From: Callorhinchus milii
Lineage: Eukaryota
Assembly: GCF_018977255.1 (NCBI RefSeq)
Contig: NW_024705483.1
Location: forward strand, 1-40,747
Direction of reading: 5' to 3'
DNA: 40,747 bases
Shown here in pieces: positions 37,664 through 40,747 of the stretch. The notes beneath the pieces are model-generated. The model saw only the letters and a list, made by a program, of their open reading frames with translations. It had not been told where the DNA came from and did not search any database. Numbering within the stretch: position 1 is the stretch's first letter; the number at the start of each line of letters is the position of its first letter. Both the position numbers and the translations under genes were made by a program.

Positions 37664-38850
37664 CTGCACACATCCATGTTTTAATTTATTATCTACGTTA
37701 GAATCAATGTAGCAGACCATATACAATGTGTCCCAATGAAGTGAGTTGCGTTCTCTCTAATTATTAGGAGATCGCATTAAGTTCCCAATTCGGCGTGTCA
37801 GATCCTCTCCGGGTGAAACGATTTCAATAACAAGAAATGCGGATCAAAAGAAAAAAGGGGGGTGCAATAGGAATGTTTGTTGATTAAATCACTTTCCACT
37901 CTACAACAACACCAAGATAAAGGGACTAGCAATCTAGGTGAGAGTTATAAATTATCCGAACTGACGATGAAATGGGAATCTAATTTTTAAACAATTGAAG
38001 GACTTGACAAACATCGTGTAACTCGACTGTTCTCGGGATGCTGGAGAGACCAACATGCTGCCTGAGACTGTTGTTTTTTGGTAATATAGTGTTATGGACA
38101 TGTACGTGCATCATGCAAAACTTGCACGACATTACGCTTTTCAAACCTCAATTTGCATATTTCCTATAGAGCTCCACTCTTATTACTATGTTGTTAAGAA
38201 TATTTTACTGGATGCTGACCAACATTGAATAATTCCAGCAGTTAGCATTTGAACTACAGTTGAAAGTATGTTATTCATATGATTAAATGATATCACTGAG
38301 AATGTATGGTGATTCATTTAAACTTTGTCATTAATGCAACAACCACTAGATGGATTTATTTCAGCCTTCAAAAAGCATTACAATGGACAGGATTGACGGG
38401 AAATAATTAAAAGCATTGCATAATAAATCAGGATGTTCGGCTGAATGCTCCCACACTACAATGAATCAATCATTAGTGTGAATTAATTCAATAACTACGG
38501 ATGTACAAAAGAATGGACTTGACTCAAACTTAAATGAGATCAATCATATTTAAACCAGGGCAGCTCTAATCGCCCTTAAATTAGGTTTGATTTTTAAAGA
38601 TAATTATTGCATAATCCAACAATGAGGTTCAGAACTTTCACAACTCTCATCTGGTAGTGCATCAGCTTGTGTCAGATAACGCACCTATAAGAAGATAACG
38701 CCACTGAACTATATCTTAAGTCATTTTAAGACCTCTTTACTCATGCTAAGGATACATACACATTTTTACATGCCCTGCAAGGATTGTTCGTCAATTTTCA
38801 ATCAAACCAAATTTATTTCTTAAGTATTAGAGCTGTAATAAATGCTATCT

Positions 38851-38882
38851 CTTCTACGTGACTTTACCGAAAGAACCAAGAA
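38851..38882 (+). repeat. 32-bp fragment of the Penelope-like repeat
   Basis: CTTCTACGTGACTTTACCGAAAGAACCAAGAA is identical to 2584-2615. Confidence 0.85.
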
Positions 38883-39103
38883 AAAAAATGCTATCTCGTG
38901 AAAATGAAAATTTAATATGGTTGTTTTTGCGTGTGCAGTCAATAAAGACTGGGTTGACACCATCAACTCACTACATTTGGGAACCCAGTTTAATTATGGC
39001 AGGTTGCCTGGATTTGTGCCCAGTAACTCAGTGGTGCTGGCGCAGTGCTCTGACATGTCCTTAGTCCCTTCAGTCACTCAGCCGCCTCGATCTCTGCTCT
39101 CAC

Positions 39104-39289
39104 CTTGAAGCGACGTTCAAGTTCCTTCTTCTCGTCTGACGGGTCTGGCTCGCTGATGGTCGCCGCTGGCTGCTGAGCGGCGTCGCTCTGCAGGCATAGC
39201 GCAGCTGCCTTGTGTTCCTTCCCCTTGTTCTTTTTGCGTGTCCCATCCTCCAAGGCCTGGGACTCGGACCGATCCGCAACAGATGACAC
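39104..39289 (-). CDS. HYDIN: HYDIN exon (VSSVADRSESQALEDG...SDEKKELERRFK)
   Basis: CAGCAG| ... |GTGAGA, 186 nt (189 with the upstream AG), phase 0-0; ends like human 'KQLAQKFK'. Confidence 0.85.
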
Positions 39290-39387
39290 CTGCTGGACAA
39301 CAAAAGAAGAGCCACTTCTTTCAATCCTTTGCTCACAATGTCATGTATACATGTTGACGCCCGTACAGTGTTTTGTGAGATCCGTAC

Positions 39388-39559
39388 AAGCTTGAGAGTA
39401 GCTTGGCTCTTCTTCTGTGCCGTCTGATCATCCCGAATGATGGCGTCTTTCTTTCCCTTGCGTGGCTTTCTGTTCTTCTCCTCCTCCTCCCTCTGCCTCT
39501 CGAGCTCCTCTTCCCGCAGACGCTCTAGCTCCTGCTTCGCTAGCCTGTCAGCCTCCTCA
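39388..39559 (-). CDS. HYDIN: HYDIN coiled-coil exon (EEADRLAKQELERLREEELERQREEEEKNRKPRKGKK...KKSQATLKL)
   Basis: TAG| ... |GTACGG, 172 nt, phase 2 to 0; resembles human 'EQERLAKEMQEKKLQQELERQKEEDE...KKGK...KKSQA'. Confidence 0.85.
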
Positions 39560-39766
39560 CTAACCACAAGGAAGGATGCGAAGAGGCAAAACGCATTTCA
39601 GCAGACTCCATAATCGGCAGCTCACACACGCACAATGACTGTCCCCTGCTGCACTTCCAGAGTTCCGCTAGTGATAAAAGTAGGACGCGTGTCTAAATCT
39701 CTAAAATATGAATGTTAATTAATAAACGACAACCAAGGAGGGGGTATTTTGAGGGATGGTGCTGAC

Positions 39767-39908
39767 CAAGCCTTGCGCTCCTTGAGGGCGGCCAGATGCA
39801 AACTGTCCACCTCCATCCGCTTCTCATCTGATAGAGCGTTGTACTCATCCTCGTCCATCTCCTCCAGCCACCTCTTCTTCTCCTCCAGCCTCTGCACCAG
39901 CTCTGCCT
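39767..39908 (-). CDS. HYDIN: HYDIN exon (EAELVQRLEEKKRWLEEMDEDEYNALSDEKRMEVDSLHLAALKERKA)
   Basis: TAG| ... |GTCAGC, 142 nt, phase 1 to 2; resembles human 'LQNMDEEEYDALTEEEK...QALRERK'. Confidence 0.92.
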
Positions 39909-40094
39909 CTATATAGGGTCAAACATTACGCAAAGCTGTCTACATGACTTCCTTTTGACAGGAGGTGCTCCAATCAGGCACAACCAACTGCGTGTTAAGT
40001 GCAGTATAGTTTTAAAACCAAAGATACATTCGTCGTGTCAGGATGAAATACACAGTTACAAGCTTAAACTGAAAGCTGTGAAATTAGACATTTT

Positions 40095-40340
40095 ATCATC
40101 ACCGTCAGCAATACATCGATCCACTGTTGGATGAAGGCCTCCTCAATCCGTAGCCAACTCTCACAGTTTTGCAATGCGGCAATCCGTCAAGCCCCTACAA
40201 AGGACCTGTTTTAACCGCTCCATCTCTGCGGTGGGCACCCCTTCGGGCACGTTTCCTCTCTGGCTGCCACCCCAATGTCAGCCTCGACCATCCGCCATTA
40301 TCCCTTCGAATGACGTGTCCCGCCAAAGCTCACTTAACGT
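40095..40340 (-). mobile_element. RTE-clade LINE 3' fragment (degenerate)
   Basis: Minus strand translates K*ALAGHVIRRDNGGWSRLTLGWQPERKRARRG, like the RTE C-terminal motif KW.WAGHV.R....RW......W.P...KR..GRP, and ends GAGGCCTTCATCCAACAGTGG (EAFIQQW) with a GATGAT-type tail. Confidence 0.7.
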
Positions 40341-40451
40341 TGAAAATAAAATAATCATAATCAAAAAAACTATACAAACTGTATTTCCAAGATGCTGTGT
40401 ATAAGGCCAACAAGGAAACACAGCTGTTCTTGTTGCACCGGTGCCCCTGAC

Positions 40452-40635
40452 CTCGTTTCTTGAGTGCAGCCTGCTCGTTTGCCTCCAGCGAGGCCAGATC
40501 CTGTTTGAGGTCAACCAAGAAGATGAAGCGGCGATTGTTGAGGGCCTTCAGCACCACGTGCGCCGCGCTCGCGATGGTGGCTGCGTACAGCGTCTCCAGC
40601 CCGTCCAGCACCACACCTCGGTGGCAGTCACTCAG
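40452..40635 (-). CDS. HYDIN: HYDIN exon, adenylate-kinase-like region (LSDCHRGVVLDGLETLYAATIASAAHVVLKALNNRRFIFLVDLKQDLASLEANEQAALKKR)
   Basis: CAG| ... |GTCAGG, 184 nt, phase 0 to 1; resembles human 'LSDCYRGVVFDGLDTLFAQNAAAALLCLLKAIGSREHIYILNMAQDY'. Confidence 0.93.
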
Positions 40636-40747
40636 CTGCGCGGGACAAACGGGAACCGGTTTTCAACGTAAGGTATTCGCTCGTTCAGCTTGAGGGATAC
40701 GTTCCGGAGATACTCGTGAATAGAAAATTTAGCGAAAATGATATTGG

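Noticed and set aside
37146..37712. 188-aa plus-strand Ser-rich ORF
   Set aside because: Antisense shadow of the GC-rich HYDIN exon.

Overview
Eukaryotic (vertebrate-like, possibly jawless fish; inference only) genomic DNA in three blocks. (1) 1-15364: AT-rich introns with eight GC-rich, phase-compatible + strand exons of HYDIN (axonemal central-pair protein, ASH/Ig-like repeat region), plus a Tigger-like MITE, V-SINE-like and 5S-derived SINEs, and an inverted Penelope-like insertion with hammerhead-ribozyme motifs. (2) A 30-N gap (15365-15394), then ~18.4 kb (15395 to ~33800) that looks statistically random: near-uniform composition, no CpG depletion, and no recognisable genes, repeats or low-complexity tracts. 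It is most likely artificial filler, and I found no biological system in it. (3) ~33800-40747: eight MINUS-strand exons from a more C-terminal part of HYDIN (adenylate-kinase-like region, coiled coil, next ASH domain) running back toward the gap. Three of these exons carry single-base deletions. The simplest reading is a mis-oriented, poorly polished contig across a filled gap. The most interesting genuine biology is the hammerhead-bearing Penelope-like palindrome and a 5S-headed SINE with an RTE-like tail.
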